64,000 nt of DNA from an uncultured Candidatus Entotheonella sp. (GTDB taxonomy: Bacteria; Tectomicrobia; Entotheonellia; Entotheonellales; Entotheonellaceae), in assembly GCA_965217185.1 (NCBI GenBank), contig OZ244252.1, forward strand, positions 3,616,001-3,680,000. Direction: 5' to 3'. Shown piece by piece: positions 63,186 through 64,000 of this stretch. Each line of letters begins with the position of its first letter. The stretch's first letter is position 1. The notes beneath the pieces were generated by a model. That model ran no database searches and had not been told where the DNA came from. It saw only the letters and a list, made by a program, of their open reading frames with translations. The position numbers and the translations under genes are program-made.

Positions 63186-63851
63186 ATGGCAAGGCAACGT
63201 TCCGAAATCGTGTTAGCCGCCATCGCAGCCGGTGGGCCGGAAGCGCGATACGACCCGGTTCGTGCGCAAAAGCTCTTCTTCCTGATCGATAGAGAAATCC
63301 CGGAATTCATAGGCGGCCCTTATTTTCGTTTCGAGCCTCATCATTACGGCCCATTCGATGAGGCGGTCTACGAGGAACTCGATAGATTGGCCGAACGGCA
63401 GAAGGTAAGCATAGATACAGACGAGGGTTATAATCGGTATTCGCTGACGGATACAGGCTACGCGAAGGGCACGGCGGTTTTGGATGTGCTTCCAGACCCG
63501 ACGTCGAGCTACATGGAAAATACCGCCAAGTGGGTACGTTTTGTTCCGTTGAAGCAACTACTGTCTACGATCTATCGACAATATCCTGAAATGGCAGTCA
63601 ACAGCATTATTCCGCAGGTGGCGTCTGGCTATTCTCATGCGTCCTTTCGTTTCGCAATGCCATCTTTCCTCTCAGGTATAGCGCGGACGCTCGACTTCAT
63701 GGGAACCCTCGACGGTTATCAATTGCGCACGAGTGACGAGCGCCTCGATGCGTTGGCGGTCTATCACGACTGGAGCGCGGTAGGGGACGACCTCGGGGCG
63801 GCTATGAGCGCTCAGCTTATTCAAGGGACACCCCGTGAGCCGCAGACGTAA
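63186..63851 (+). CDS. SocA/Panacea(DUF4065)/YwgA-like domain fused to a short C-terminal domain
   Basis: QKLFFLID, FEPHHYGPFD, IYRQYPE; C-terminal SFLSGIARTLD...DWSAVGDDL. Confidence 0.65.
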   Translation: MARQRSEIVLAAIAAGGPEARYDPVRAQKLFFLIDREIPEFIGGPYFRFEPHHYGPFDEAVYEELDRLAERQKVSIDTDEGYNRYSLTDTGYAKGTAVLDVLPDPTSSYMENTAKWVRFVPLKQLLSTIYRQYPEMAVNSIIPQVASGYSHASFRFAMPSFLSGIARTLDFMGTLDGYQLRTSDERLDALAVYHDWSAVGDDLGAAMSAQLIQGTPREPQT

Positions 63852-64000
63852 TAGGCGTAGCAATCTGCGACAGACGTCGAGTCCACCGCGGACTGTTGAT
63901 AAACAATCACCGCGCGCATCCACTCTTCCCTCAGAAATCGACAGCGCAGTCAGACTCCGGATTCAGGAGACGCTGGCGGTTCGGTCTGAGCTCTTTTCTG
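63835..64000 (+). CDS. Partial ORF, possibly the N-terminus of a DUF2335-like membrane protein
   Basis: GTG at 63835 overlapping the previous gene; open to the window end, ending ...RSELFS(G). Confidence 0.4.
   Translation, partial: MSRRRNRRSNLRQTSSPPRTVDKQSPRASTLPSEIDSAVRLRIQETLAVRSELFS

Overview
High-GC bacterial chromosomal window (gene content suggests a Tectomicrobia/Nitrospinota/deltaproteobacteria-like lineage; this is inference only). The backbone is housekeeping: yebC-ruvCAB-queA, HU, dacZ-cbpA-hspR-dnaJ, a stand-alone fusA, tatBC-pyrE, moeA-nrdJ, pdxST, groESL with a CIRCE, coaC, dtd and fadD. Accessory blocks interrupt it: (1) a lower-GC four-gene operon at 1.4-5.0 kb (GT-A-fold enzyme, alpha/beta hydrolase, hexapeptide acyltransferase split by a 185-bp mini-IS630, membrane-anchored unknown protein), the best candidate for an undescribed system; (2) a nested IS/MITE pile, LuxR-type regulator and large secreted lipoprotein at 17-22.5 kb; (3) an ABC-ATPase/DUF4276-like pair and a decaying polyamine-type ABC operon at 34-40 kb; (4) two inverted copies of a 1487-bp IS with reciprocally swapped target duplications, recording inversion of the moeA-nrdJ segment; (5) a defence-like island at 58.7-64 kb. 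A DsbA/FrnE-like gene at 57084-57746 has an in-frame TGA at the catalytic Cys position followed by a SECIS-like hairpin, so it is a probable selenoprotein that the ORF track truncates. Several nonsense/frameshift lesions and MITEs suggest ongoing genome erosion. No rRNA, tRNA or CRISPR array was recognised. All family calls are by motif recognition, not database searches.
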